Below, one piece after another: positions 1 through 8,406 of a stretch of DNA of 10,273 bases; the stretch's first letter is position 1, and each line of letters starts with the position of its first letter. The stretch is from Candidatus Heimdallarchaeota archaeon (GTDB lineage Archaea > Asgardarchaeota > Heimdallarchaeia > Heimdallarchaeales > Kariarchaeaceae): NCBI GenBank assembly GCA_015523565.1, contig WAKA01000209.1:1-10273 (forward strand), in the 5' to 3' direction. The notes beneath the pieces were generated by a model. It saw nothing but the letters and a program-made list of their open reading frames with translations, made no database searches and was not told the DNA's origin. Made by a program: the position numbers and the translations under genes.

Positions 1-3000
1 CCTGAAAACGTTCTTCAAGATAAAGGTTGCGCCAGACCTGATGCCGTCCCATGCCTGTTGCATTGCATTTTTCATGGTCTGCATCACAGACCCCGCAAAG
101 CCGAAGATGTCGTTCACCACATCGGCAAGCGTGTCCGAGGCACTCCGTCCCAGTGTCTGCATGCCCGCCTTCCAGACTGCATTCAGTGCAGTGTTGGGGG
201 CGACAAATGACTTGTGCAGCCAGTCGGCGAAAACAAGGATGCCGACCTTGGCAACAGCAAGGTAGTTCATCGGCTTGGCGGGATCGTAGCCGGGATTGTC
301 AGGGGTGTTGAGATTCAGCTCCTGCTGCAGGCTCTGGTCCTTCAGCACAATTTTGGCAAGCAACTCCTTGCGCTGGTCAGTGCCGAACCAGTTGATCAGG
401 TTGCCGACAGCACTAAAGCCGTACTGGTCAAGCAACTGCCATGCCTTGTCCGCAATCTCTGTGCGTTCAAAGCCAAGAAACGTGTAGGTGAGGTGGGCAT
501 AGATCCAATTCTTGATCAGAACCCTGAAATCATCGAACTTCTTGACGATGGCTTCGAGGAACAGGTCCACGTCAAAGACCCTGTTCTCGGTCGGGTTGGT
601 CTGCGATGCCGTTTGCATGGCCTGCCTTGCGGATGGGGGCACCTGTGCCTCTTGGATCTCAAGCTTCAGGGTGGACGGGTTAAAGCCTGATCCACGAACT
701 ATGTTGAGGATGTTGGAACCACTCATTTGGGACCTCACAAAGATCTCTGCGCCTTTTGTATCTTTGGAATAATAACCTGCATCAACAGATGTGTCGGAAA
801 TGGAGAAACTGACAAATGCATCATATGAATTGGTGTTCAATTTGATTACATAGGAATTAATTGATGCTCCAAGTTTCAGGGTGAACTTATATTGATAAAT
901 TCCTTGCAGAGAATAATATGCATACGAATAGGGGATGGTGGTGTCATAGCTTGAATACATTGCAATATTGATGGCAGTGGTTGATGAGATGGTGAGGAAC
1001 ATGGTGGTCAGTTTTCTTGGCTTGAATGAAAGGCTGACCATATATCCTGTATTTTTGTTGAACTTGAAGTTGGTGTTGCTTGTTGAGACAACTTGGTAAT
1101 TATACTCATTTGCGTTGACACCGTTTATTGTGTCCCAATATTTTGTTCCATTTACCAGCTTGATTCCCGCGGCTCCTGGCAATGCTTCAGGTTGTGCATA
1201 GGTTTGGGCTGTGACGAATGTTGTTGGCAGTTTTCCGTTTTCTTGTGGAAGTTGTCCCATGGAAACTATCTTGTTGAGATAATATTTGCCGCCATATTCT
1301 GGTAGTTCTTCGTAAATGGGTTCCACAGGATTTCCGTTCTCGTCCCAACGGTACTTGACATAGGTGACAAGGCTTTTTGTGATCGGTTCGGCATTTGGCA
1401 ATGGCATGCCCGTATAGCCCGTGACAAATTTGTTTGTTGAACCGTCACCCATGAGGTATGCACGCGAGTAATATTTTTCGGTTGGGGTGAAACTGATTGC
1501 ATATCTTGAATCGCCCTTGTCATGCTCAAACTGCACATAGAAGAATTCAGTTGATCCAGGAGTTACAGAAATTGTGTAAGATGCATCAACTGATGTTTGG
1601 TAGGTGTTCAGGATATTGCCATATTGATTCATCCTGATGATTTTGATGGTCTGTCCATCGGTTTGGATATCAAGGTTTACGGGGAGTGAACTCAATGGTT
1701 TATTGTAATAGAAGTAGTACTTTCCATCATTCGGATTGTGATATGCATTGATTTCCGCCTTTCGATTGTTGGAGTATTGGAACAGTTGAGCCACCCATCT
1801 GTCAGTCCATTTGATGGAGGGAGCCATCAGGTTAACGCCATAATTTGATTGGAACTGGTCTGGGAAGCTTGGGATTGTTATTGTTGTTCCACCAAGGCTT
1901 CCACCATTATACGAGGTAATGGTTGTTGAACTAGTGCTGAAAATGTTCCCTACGAAAATGGAATCTTGGACGATATTGCATTGTTGTTGTGTGGGGTTGA
2001 TGTAACCACAGGTAAGGTAGTCATAAATATCGTCTATAAGTCCCAAAAGGTTGTTTGAATAGACTTGTGCGACAGGGGTTATGTCCGCTGTTGCGAGATA
2101 AGTTGTTCGGTCGAACTTTAAGGCGAAAGCCCCTTGAGTATAAGTTCCCCAAGCCGCAGATGGGTCGTACAATGCACTGCCAAGGTTTGCATAACCTGAA
2201 ATGCTGACATCGATTGCATAACCGTTCTGGTAATGCACTTCTGGTCTTGCAATCAGGTTTGCAGGCAGATTAATATTGTAGACTGTCTTGTTTGCATTGC
2301 CTTGTGACATTGAAATGACAAGTTTTTGTTGGGTAATTCCAGTTAGTGTCTGTATTGTCTTTATTGTGAAGGTAATGGTGTAGGAAGTATTAATGTTGTA
2401 TCCTTGGAATTCGGAAATTTGTACACCTGCCATGGAGTACCACACGTCATTGACCAATTTGACGCCGAATTTTGAACCTGATGTGGTTTGCATGTAGAAT
2501 TCTGCGGATTTTGGATTCCCGTTTTCACCATTGTAAATGTCAGTGTTCACAATGAAGGTAGGTTCATCTGATGGTTTGATCTCTTTTGAGACGACCATGT
2601 CATTTGGGATTCTTGGCATTAGGGAATAGAGATAAGTGATTTCACTTTGTCCTAGTGCGATATCATAAGTCTGAAGCTCATCCAAGCTTCCGTTCAGGTA
2701 TCTTCCTCCATATCCCTGTCCGAATTTTGTGATAGTCAAGGAATTGGGGAATGCAGAGGTGCTACCAACCTGCTTTCCGTTAATGTAGACGATAATTGAT
2801 GATTTGTCAAAGACAATGGTGGTCATGACCCATTTGTCCTTGAAATCTTTTTCAAATGTTTTTCCAAGGTCAATGGATCTATAATTGCCGCTATCATCCT
2901 GTAAAGTAAGTTTCATTGTTCCAGACAATTCCTTGAAGCTGATGACCTGATCCCAATAAGTATTTGGACCATGGGCTATTCCTGCCATTCTGTAATAGGT

Positions 3001-6000
3001 TCCATAATATTCAAGGTCTCTTATGTTGACCCAAAAGTTCAGGGATGTTCCCTTGACAAACTTGTAATTGACATCGATTGTTGATTTTTCAAAACTTGCG
3101 GCCATTCCGTCTATTCCTGAGCCATAACCTTTCAGGGTTGTGGTAGTTATTGTATGAGATGGGTTGACATTGTCGACTAGGTTATTTTCAAAGCTGACAG
3201 CAGAAGTAAGGTGTCTATTGCTGTACAGCCATTTAATCTCGTCAATGCCAATGCTTCTGTTGAACAGGGCGACATTTTCAATAGCTCCTGTAAAGGATGA
3301 TCCTCCCAACGTGATCTCTTGGAATGACAGTTGTGAGGAAGTTATCTGGCTTGAAGTTCTTTGGAGAATGTTGCTGTCTAAATAGACGAAATAATCAGAT
3401 CCGACCTTCTTGATAACCAAATGATGCCATTGGTTCAGGGAGAAGGCAGAAGCGTCGAACACAGTTGATTTTCCATTTTCGACAACTGTGATCGTATTGG
3501 CAGAATATGAAACCGATGCGGCATTTCCGAAGCTTACCAAGGTGCCAGTATTGGATTGTGGGTAAACCCAAAAAGCAACGGACATGCTTTTTGCGGGGGT
3601 CATGTAATTGGCAGAAATCCGTGGCACCAATGAGCTTGCTCCTGAAAAGAGATATGTTGTCTCTTCAGCGGCGTAGCTGTTGTCTTTTCCAGTAATTGAG
3701 ATTTTTTCGGCAACGTCATCGACTCTCCAATAACTTGCGGAGGACCAGTAGGTTGCATGCCTTATTGCCTCTACAGACAGGGATTTGATTGTTCTGCCAG
3801 TTATGGAGTAAGACAGTGTCTTTGAATAAACCCCTGAAGTCGAGACGGTTATCTGGCTTCCTGAATATGCGATGGAAACATAAAGAGTTCCTGAAGCGGG
3901 GAGAGAGCCAGCAGATGTGGAAAATGAATTGGAATTAAGTGAACCGTCGGCATTGTAGAAATACATCATGAAATATGATGTAGAGCTTGCCCATGCATCC
4001 CTTACTCCCACCAATGCAATGGGTTTGTTTGATGAATCATATATCCTGAAATACAGTGCCCCCATTTTGGGGAAATAATATGAAAGTTTCACAGAAATAG
4101 TTCTGGTTCCTTGAGCCAAAGTATTGGCCTTGAGTTCAGTTTTTTGCCAGCCCGATCCTCCAGATGACTGGACAGCTTCGAGTCGACTGTTCTGTTCTGC
4201 AAAATGGATTGTACTGCTTGTTTTTGCATATGTCCATGCGCTTGACATGCTGTTGTCATTGAAATTATCATAGAATCCCTGTTTAATTCCTTTTTCTGCA
4301 TAATTCTGTAATTTGAAATAGTCGGATGCAGGGGAGCCTGTATAGAATGTGAATTCCAATGCGACCTTTCCAGCAGTAAGACTGCTTGTTGATGCAGATT
4401 TTCTTTCAACATAATCCTTGCTGAAGATTGAAAGGGCAGTTTGTCCATTGGAATAGGCAATCTGGAATCTGATATTGTCCATACTGTCATATAAGGCAGG
4501 ACTTTGATAGCTTTGAACGACAGTTCCTTGGTTATTATAGAAGACCATCTTGAAGATGGGATTTGAATTGTCAAGTATCACAATTGCGGCAATTGGAGTC
4601 CCTGATGAACTTTTGAGCATGAATGTGAATTTCCCGTTGCCTTTCAACCGATATGCCATTGTTATTTCAAAATCAACACTTCCTTGAACAATGGTTCTTG
4701 CGATCCTGTCGGTATATGTTGAACTTCCACTTATTGCAGAACCTTTCAGTTCTCCTCCATTCTCATTCAACAGCAGGTAAGGGGAATTGGTTTCATACGT
4801 CCAACCTGAAAGCGATCCGTCATTGAAGGAATCATAGGCTTGAACTGCGGCATTTGATGCAGTGGCTGTATTTGTACCGAATATATCCATTCCTTTCATG
4901 AAATAACTGGTCATGAGTGGTAAATGCTCTGTTCCAATAGGCAGGAAATCCTCCATTCTTCCTGAACTGATGGATATTGTTCCTCTGGCAAATGTTGCCG
5001 CTTCTTGAATGCTGGATGTCAAGTAAATTGCATCAAAATATGTACCAGAAGAGGATGAATAGAAGGACATCTTGTTCATTACAAAAGAACTCTTCCCAGC
5101 AAACCTATACAGATCCACAACATAGAAATGCCATTTACCGTCAGTTTTGAAGACCAAACTGCTGCTTTCATGAATTGAAGGGGCAACAGTAATTGTCATG
5201 GCACTTCCAGTTGAAGATGCAGTACCTCCTATTTTTATTACAGCATTCGTTGTTCCAGATGGAATTTGGGCCGCAAATACCATGTATCTGAAATAATTGT
5301 CAATTGTATATGATGGTGTCGAGAAATATTCACCTGCAATTGTACTTGCTTTTATTGCAAATCTGCCGCTTGGAGCATCATTTGTCTGTATTGTTTGTGT
5401 GTTCCCATTTCCTTCAACTTTAAGGGTTGAAAGATCTTGGTCATCAAAAACAGGGGACAATGTCGGCACCTTAGCAAAAGTGTCTACAATTGGCATCATT
5501 TCAGCCCTATCAACAAGAATCTCCGCGGCTGATGAGCTCATGTATAATCTAGGTTTGATAATGTTGACAAAGCCTGTTCCCTCAAAAAAGACATTCATGG
5601 CTTGATCCTCTTGAGATGTCAAAGTGCCAAACCATGCGCCTGATTGGAATGTGAGTGTCAATGTATATGGTCTCCCGACATACAGATCAAAACTATCCGC
5701 CAAATTCAGGGTGGTTCCAGTTTTCGTATAAATACTGGCAGTGGTTACAGACCCAGTTGCACCATTGGATGAAATTTTGATCCCGAATTGAGGGGAATAC
5801 CCTTGGTAGGTTAAACTAGATGATTTATTTCCCAAGATAAGGATATCAAAATCTGTTGAAGGCAAATTGTTGTATTTGAACAGCAATGAAAGCTTGAATT
5901 CATTTTGCCTCCCAGATATTGCCTTAGAAATTTCTTCTATATATTTTCCATTCAAAACTAAGTATCCATTTGAAGTGGAAGTTGCAGTGCCAGTCCAATG

Positions 6001-7524
6001 ATTGCCATCAATGGAAGAAAATTCCTCTGTAAATCCCCTATAATTTCCCTTGGCAAAATAGAACCAAAGGTCGTCGTTTTGTGCATAAAATTCGTCCCAA
6101 GTTCCTTCCCTATGGTTTTCGAAAGAATATTGGGCGCCAGCTACAGGGAAAAACGAGGGGGGAACCACGTTCAGATGTTCATAGACAGAATAATCAGTAT
6201 AGACAGATGTTGATTGATCTGGTCCTGGAGAAACATTTATGTCATTGACATACAGTGTATCATCGCCATTGAAACCTTCCTTGTATTCACGTGGGAGATC
6301 CCTATTCTTGTTGATATTTAGGTTGAATCCCCTTATGGTCTTCATTGTTGCGTAACCCAATGTTTCGGTGCCATTGTAGGTCACCTCAACAGGTTCCTTT
6401 GTTATGACCCTTGGGAGCTTGTAAGTACCCGCGGCCAACAGGTTTTCCAATGAAAGCACAAATCTTGTGTTCAGGTATGTAAGTCCCCTATACCCTGTCA
6501 ATACCTGTCCAGGGTTCATAGACTCAAAAAATCCAAGAACGGAATCCCCACCGTATTCCTCATATTCATCAAGAATGAAACAGGCATGGATGTTAGTATT
6601 TACCAATTTGGTAATTTGCTTAACTCTAGTTTTTTGCAACGCATCCCTGAAGAATGTACCATCCATCACCCCGAGCTTTTTGGGGTTGTCATCCCTGTGA
6701 ACAAGAATTCCATGGCCATATACACTGTTCACCCCATGAGCAACAACAGTAAGGGAAATGGACTTAATTGCAGAATTCAGTTCAGCCTCTGCCAACAATG
6801 ACATGATATTAGAAGGTGTGGCATATTCATTGATCAAAAATGCATAATAATCAGAGGTTTCAATTGCCCAATTTTGCAATAGTGAGTAGACTTTTCTCCA
6901 AACCTTGTTTGTCTGCAATTTTTCTATGCTTCTGCTTTTGTAATCGGAAACAAAAACAACAAGGTTAAAATGTCCGCCTCTGCTTAATTTCCCTTCATAT
7001 CCATCAACCAGACTATCAATTACACTTTGGGCATTTAAGGTGTAATTCATTGCTTGACTGTCCAAAAATATCTTTCCTGATGAAGTGGAATTGATCGAAT
7101 GAACTTGGTAAGACAAAAGTCCTGGAACAAAAACCTCCTTGTATTTCAATTTCGTTTTTGGTTCCATTTCCTTGTATGGCTTTATTACTCTGGTTTCAAA
7201 CTCCTTGATTTCCAGAACACTCTTTCCCTCAAGAGAATAATTTTTGACAAATTCGGATGCATCCCTTGTCTTGATCTCATCAGAAGAATAAAATTTCTCA
7301 AAGGTTAGTTTATCTTTCACTTTTTCCCTAACCTTGTCCTTCTCTCCTGAAAGGACTTGCATCACTTGATCATATTTCTGAAAATCTTCGATCCTGATTT
7401 TTCTAATATTCTCAGGATATTCTGCATTCTGATCATTAGCTAAAACTTGACTAACGTCAGCACTTGTTATCATTAAGATTAATGATACAGCAATTATGGT
7501 TATTTTTAACTTTGAACTAGTCAT
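1..7524 (-). CDS. Giant secreted multidomain protein, at least 2508 aa, 3' end beyond the window. Order: signal peptide, clan CD-like cysteine protease, ConA/CBM-like domains, 2x LamG-like, beta-rich stalk, helical conserved domain. Candidate polymorphic toxin or adhesin.
   Basis: Manual translation of the minus frame from ATG 7524 shows no stop down to position 1. It starts MTSSKLKITIIAVSLILMITSADVSQVLANDQ and reads ...QQAWDGIRSGATFILKNVFR at the window edge. AAGGAGGG lies 11 nt upstream of the ATG. Recognisable LamG motifs are in frame. Confidence 0.95.
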   Translation of the reverse strand, partial: MTSSKLKITIIAVSLILMITSADVSQVLANDQNAEYPENIRKIRIEDFQKYDQVMQVLSGEKDKVREKVKDKLTFEKFYSSDEIKTRDASEFVKNYSLEGKSVLEIKEFETRVIKPYKEMEPKTKLKYKEVFVPGLLSYQVHSINSTSSGKIFLDSQAMNYTLNAQSVIDSLVDGYEGKLSRGGHFNLVVFVSDYKSRSIEKLQTNKVWRKVYSLLQNWAIETSDYYAFLINEYATPSNIMSLLAEAELNSAIKSISLTVVAHGVNSVYGHGILVHRDDNPKKLGVMDGTFFRDALQKTRVKQITKLVNTNIHACFILDEYEEYGGDSVLGFFESMNPGQVLTGYRGLTYLNTRFVLSLENLLAAGTYKLPRVITKEPVEVTYNGTETLGYATMKTIRGFNLNINKNRDLPREYKEGFNGDDTLYVNDINVSPGPDQSTSVYTDYSVYEHLNVVPPSFFPVAGAQYSFENHREGTWDEFYAQNDDLWFYFAKGNYRGFTEEFSSIDGNHWTGTATSTSNGYLVLNGKYIEEISKAISGRQNEFKLSLLFKYNNLPSTDFDILILGNKSSSLTYQGYSPQFGIKISSNGATGSVTTASIYTKTGTTLNLADSFDLYVGRPYTLTLTFQSGAWFGTLTSQEDQAMNVFFEGTGFVNIIKPRLYMSSSAAEILVDRAEMMPIVDTFAKVPTLSPVFDDQDLSTLKVEGNGNTQTIQTNDAPSGRFAIKASTIAGEYFSTPSYTIDNYFRYMVFAAQIPSGTTNAVIKIGGTASSTGSAMTITVAPSIHESSSLVFKTDGKWHFYVVDLYRFAGKSSFVMNKMSFYSSSSGTYFDAIYLTSSIQEAATFARGTISISSGRMEDFLPIGTEHLPLMTSYFMKGMDIFGTNTATASNAAVQAYDSFNDGSLSGWTYETNSPYLLLNENGGELKGSAISGSSTYTDRIARTIVQGSVDFEITMAYRLKGNGKFTFMLKSSSGTPIAAIVILDNSNPIFKMVFYNNQGTVVQSYQSPALYDSMDNIRFQIAYSNGQTALSIFSKDYVERKSASTSSLTAGKVALEFTFYTGSPASDYFKLQNYAEKGIKQGFYDNFNDNSMSSAWTYAKTSSTIHFAEQNSRLEAVQSSGGSGWQKTELKANTLAQGTRTISVKLSYYFPKMGALYFRIYDSSNKPIALVGVRDAWASSTSYFMMYFYNADGSLNSNSFSTSAGSLPASGTLYVSIAYSGSQITVSTSGVYSKTLSYSITGRTIKSLSVEAIRHATYWSSASYWRVDDVAEKISITGKDNSYAAEETTYLFSGASSLVPRISANYMTPAKSMSVAFWVYPQSNTGTLVSFGNAASVSYSANTITVVENGKSTVFDASAFSLNQWHHLVIKKVGSDYFVYLDSNILQRTSSQITSSQLSFQEITLGGSSFTGAIENVALFNRSIGIDEIKWLYSNRHLTSAVSFENNLVDNVNPSHTITTTTLKGYGSGIDGMAASFEKSTIDVNYKFVKGTSLNFWVNIRDLEYYGTYYRMAGIAHGPNTYWDQVISFKELSGTMKLTLQDDSGNYRSIDLGKTFEKDFKDKWVMTTIVFDKSSIIVYINGKQVGSTSAFPNSLTITKFGQGYGGRYLNGSLDELQTYDIALGQSEITYLYSLMPRIPNDMVVSKEIKPSDEPTFIVNTDIYNGENGNPKSAEFYMQTTSGSKFGVKLVNDVWYSMAGVQISEFQGYNINTSYTITFTIKTIQTLTGITQQKLVISMSQGNANKTVYNINLPANLIARPEVHYQNGYAIDVSISGYANLGSALYDPSAAWGTYTQGAFALKFDRTTYLATADITPVAQVYSNNLLGLIDDIYDYLTCGYINPTQQQCNIVQDSIFVGNIFSTSSTTITSYNGGSLGGTTITIPSFPDQFQSNYGVNLMAPSIKWTDRWVAQLFQYSNNRKAEINAYHNPNDGKYYFYYNKPLSSLPVNLDIQTDGQTIKIIRMNQYGNILNTYQTSVDASYTISVTPGSTEFFYVQFEHDKGDSRYAISFTPTEKYYSRAYLMGDGSTNKFVTGYTGMPLPNAEPITKSLVTYVKYRWDENGNPVEPIYEELPEYGGKYYLNKIVSMGQLPQENGKLPTTFVTAQTYAQPEALPGAAGIKLVNGTKYWDTINGVNANEYNYQVVSTSNTNFKFNKNTGYMVSLSFKPRKLTTMFLTISSTTAINIAMYSSYDTTIPYSYAYYSLQGIYQYKFTLKLGASINSYVIKLNTNSYDAFVSFSISDTSVDAGYYSKDTKGAEIFVRSQMSGSNILNIVRGSGFNPSTLKLEIQEAQVPPSARQAMQTASQTNPTENRVFDVDLFLEAIVKKFDDFRVLIKNWIYAHLTYTFLGFERTEIADKAWQLLDQYGFSAVGNLINWFGTDQRKELLAKIVLKDQSLQQELNLNTPDNPGYDPAKPMNYLAVAKVGILVFADWLHKSFVAPNTALNAVWKAGMQTLGRSASDTLADVVNDIFGFAGSVMQTMKNAMQQAWDGIRSGATFILKNVFR
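54..365 (-). repeat. Inverted repeat, left arm (inside the giant CDS, from codon 2387 onward)
   Basis: Its reverse complement aligns without gaps to 9962-10273 with 9 mismatches in 312 bp. Homology probably continues past the window edge. Confidence 0.98.
2625..3210 (-). other. LamG-like (Laminin_G_3 / ConA superfamily) domain 2
   Basis: SFENNLVD, GIDGMAASF, SLNFWVN, DKWVMTTIVFD, VYINGKQV and LNGSLDELQTYDIALGQSEITYLY. Confidence 0.85.
3220..3660 (-). other. LamG-like (Laminin_G_3 / ConA superfamily) domain 1
   Basis: SVAFWVYP, LNQWHHLVI, VYLD and FTGAIENVALFNRSIGIDEIKWLY match the family consensus. Confidence 0.85.
3705..4836 (-). repeat. Tandem pair of diverged ConA-like beta-sandwich domains, period about 188 aa
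   Basis: Unit 1 from 4836: YDSFNDGSLSGWTY...QG...SSGTPIA...MVFYNNQG...IAYSNGQ. Unit 2 from 4272: YDNFNDNSMSSAWTY...QG...SSNKPIA...MYFYNADG...IAYSGSQ. Confidence 0.7.
5010..5460 (-). other. Carbohydrate-binding-module-like jelly-roll domain
   Basis: Motifs DAPSGRFAIK, TDGKWHFYVVDL and terminal YFDAIYL, typical of CBM/galactose-binding-like beta sandwiches. Confidence 0.55.
6420..6975 (-). other. Clan CD (caspase/legumain/gingipain/CHAT-like) cysteine protease domain, predicted dyad His263/Cys315
   Basis: Motif order: FNLVVFVS strand, FLINEYATPSNIMSLL, ISLTVVAHG (His at 6736-6738), LVNTNIHACF (Cys at 6580-6582), QVLTGYRG. A hydrophobic strand plus HG followed about 50 aa later by a strand plus AC is the clan CD signature. 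Boundaries are approximate. Confidence 0.7.
7438..7524 (-). other. Sec-type signal peptide of the giant protein (aa 1 to about 29)
   Basis: Basic n-region (KLK), hydrophobic h-region (ITIIAVSLILMITSA) and small-residue cleavage candidates (TSA or VLA). No lipobox Cys and no twin-arginine motif. Confidence 0.75.
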
Positions 7525-7535
7525 GGTTATTTTTT

Positions 7536-7543
7536 CCCTCCTT
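7536..7543 (-). promoter_or_regulatory. Shine-Dalgarno site of the giant gene
   Basis: AAGGAGGG on the minus strand, 11 nt before ATG 7524. Confidence 0.75.
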
Positions 7544-7588
7544 ACACATCTACCTGGGGGGATAGCGAACCTTCAGTTTGTTGGGGTA

Positions 7589-7606
7589 TTAATAAATTTT
7601 TTTTTG
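7589..7606 (-). promoter_or_regulatory. Putative archaeal-type BRE/TATA promoter for the giant gene
   Basis: Minus strand reads CAAAAAAAAA-TTTATTAA-TACCCC: a purine-rich run directly before a TTTAWWWA box, about 65 nt upstream of the start codon. Confidence 0.5.
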
Positions 7607-7920
7607 TTTACATTACTTTTCCTTTAGGGATTTATTTTTGAGAAAAAAAGCAAAAAACCATTCGATCTGTTTTTTTCTCTACACAAATTATGTATCTTTT
7701 TAATTTCAAAAAAATCCAAAAGATGAATTTATTCACACTGTTGGAAAAATTTTTTGCAGTAATTCACCAGACATGCAGTTTTGCCAGATTAAGCATCCTT
7801 AAATAAAAATAGGGGAATCATCCTTCCTAAATAATTGAAATGGAGAAGAACACCTCTGCTCATTGAGATATCACCAGCAAATGTATATCATTACTTCCCT
7901 CCTTTCATTGATGTGGTACT

Positions 7921-8406
7921 ATGTCATATTACCTTTTGATGGCATATTGCTGGCATCATGGTATTCGTCAAGCAGGCAATTTAGTTTCAGTTGAAGAACA
8001 ACAGGTATTTGCATCGGACACAGCGTCATTCCTTAAGACTGTGGCAAAGTATCATCTCTATCATTCAATCTTTCTGACGGTAATGTTATTCGGTTGGATG
8101 TTTGTCATTCTGAAATGGAAAATTTTCACTAAAATTTCAGATACCGAATATTCTTGGGCGATTAAATTGATGGTAGGGATTATTACGGATTTTGCAGCAT
8201 TGTGTAGGATTCTGAAACTTTCCATACCGTTGATTAATGTATACCTGCGCTATCTTTTTATTGGCATTTTACTTTCCCTATTTGGATTGGGAAAGAGAAT
8301 GATGTTGATGTTTTTCCTGAACTTTTTTGGATGTACTTTGTTTGGAAACAGCAGTTTGTTCATCACGGGGCTTCCTTGGAGGTGGCGAAAACATGAACGA
8401 AACTAA
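7921..8406 (+). CDS. Hypothetical membrane protein (about 3-4 hydrophobic segments), possibly frameshifted or degraded
   Basis: 161-aa ORF with hydrophobic stretches (IFLTVMLFGWMFVIL; IPLINVYLRYLFIGILLSLFGL). No clear RBS, and protein-like alternative frames exist at both ends. Confidence 0.5.
   Translation: MSYYLLMAYCWHHGIRQAGNLVSVEEQQVFASDTASFLKTVAKYHLYHSIFLTVMLFGWMFVILKWKIFTKISDTEYSWAIKLMVGIITDFAALCRILKLSIPLINVYLRYLFIGILLSLFGLGKRMMLMFFLNFFGCTLFGNSSLFITGLPWRWRKHERN
8378..8384 (+). promoter_or_regulatory. Shine-Dalgarno site for the gene starting at 8393
   Basis: GGAGGTG ends 8 nt before ATG 8393. Confidence 0.8.

Noticed and set aside
41-7308. The many short ORF-track entries in this span (plus-strand ORFs and minus 1266-1538, 4089-4574)
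   Set aside because: They are antisense or off-frame shadows of the 2508-codon gene, with no RBS or recognisable motifs.
7640-7679. 10-bp inverted repeat GAGAAAAAAA-N20-TTTTTTTCTC
   Set aside because: It is low complexity within a poly-A/T intergenic region, and there is not enough support for a terminator or operator.
8327-8392. Upstream start for the 297-aa ORF
   Set aside because: The strong GGAGGTG RBS supports ATG 8393 instead.
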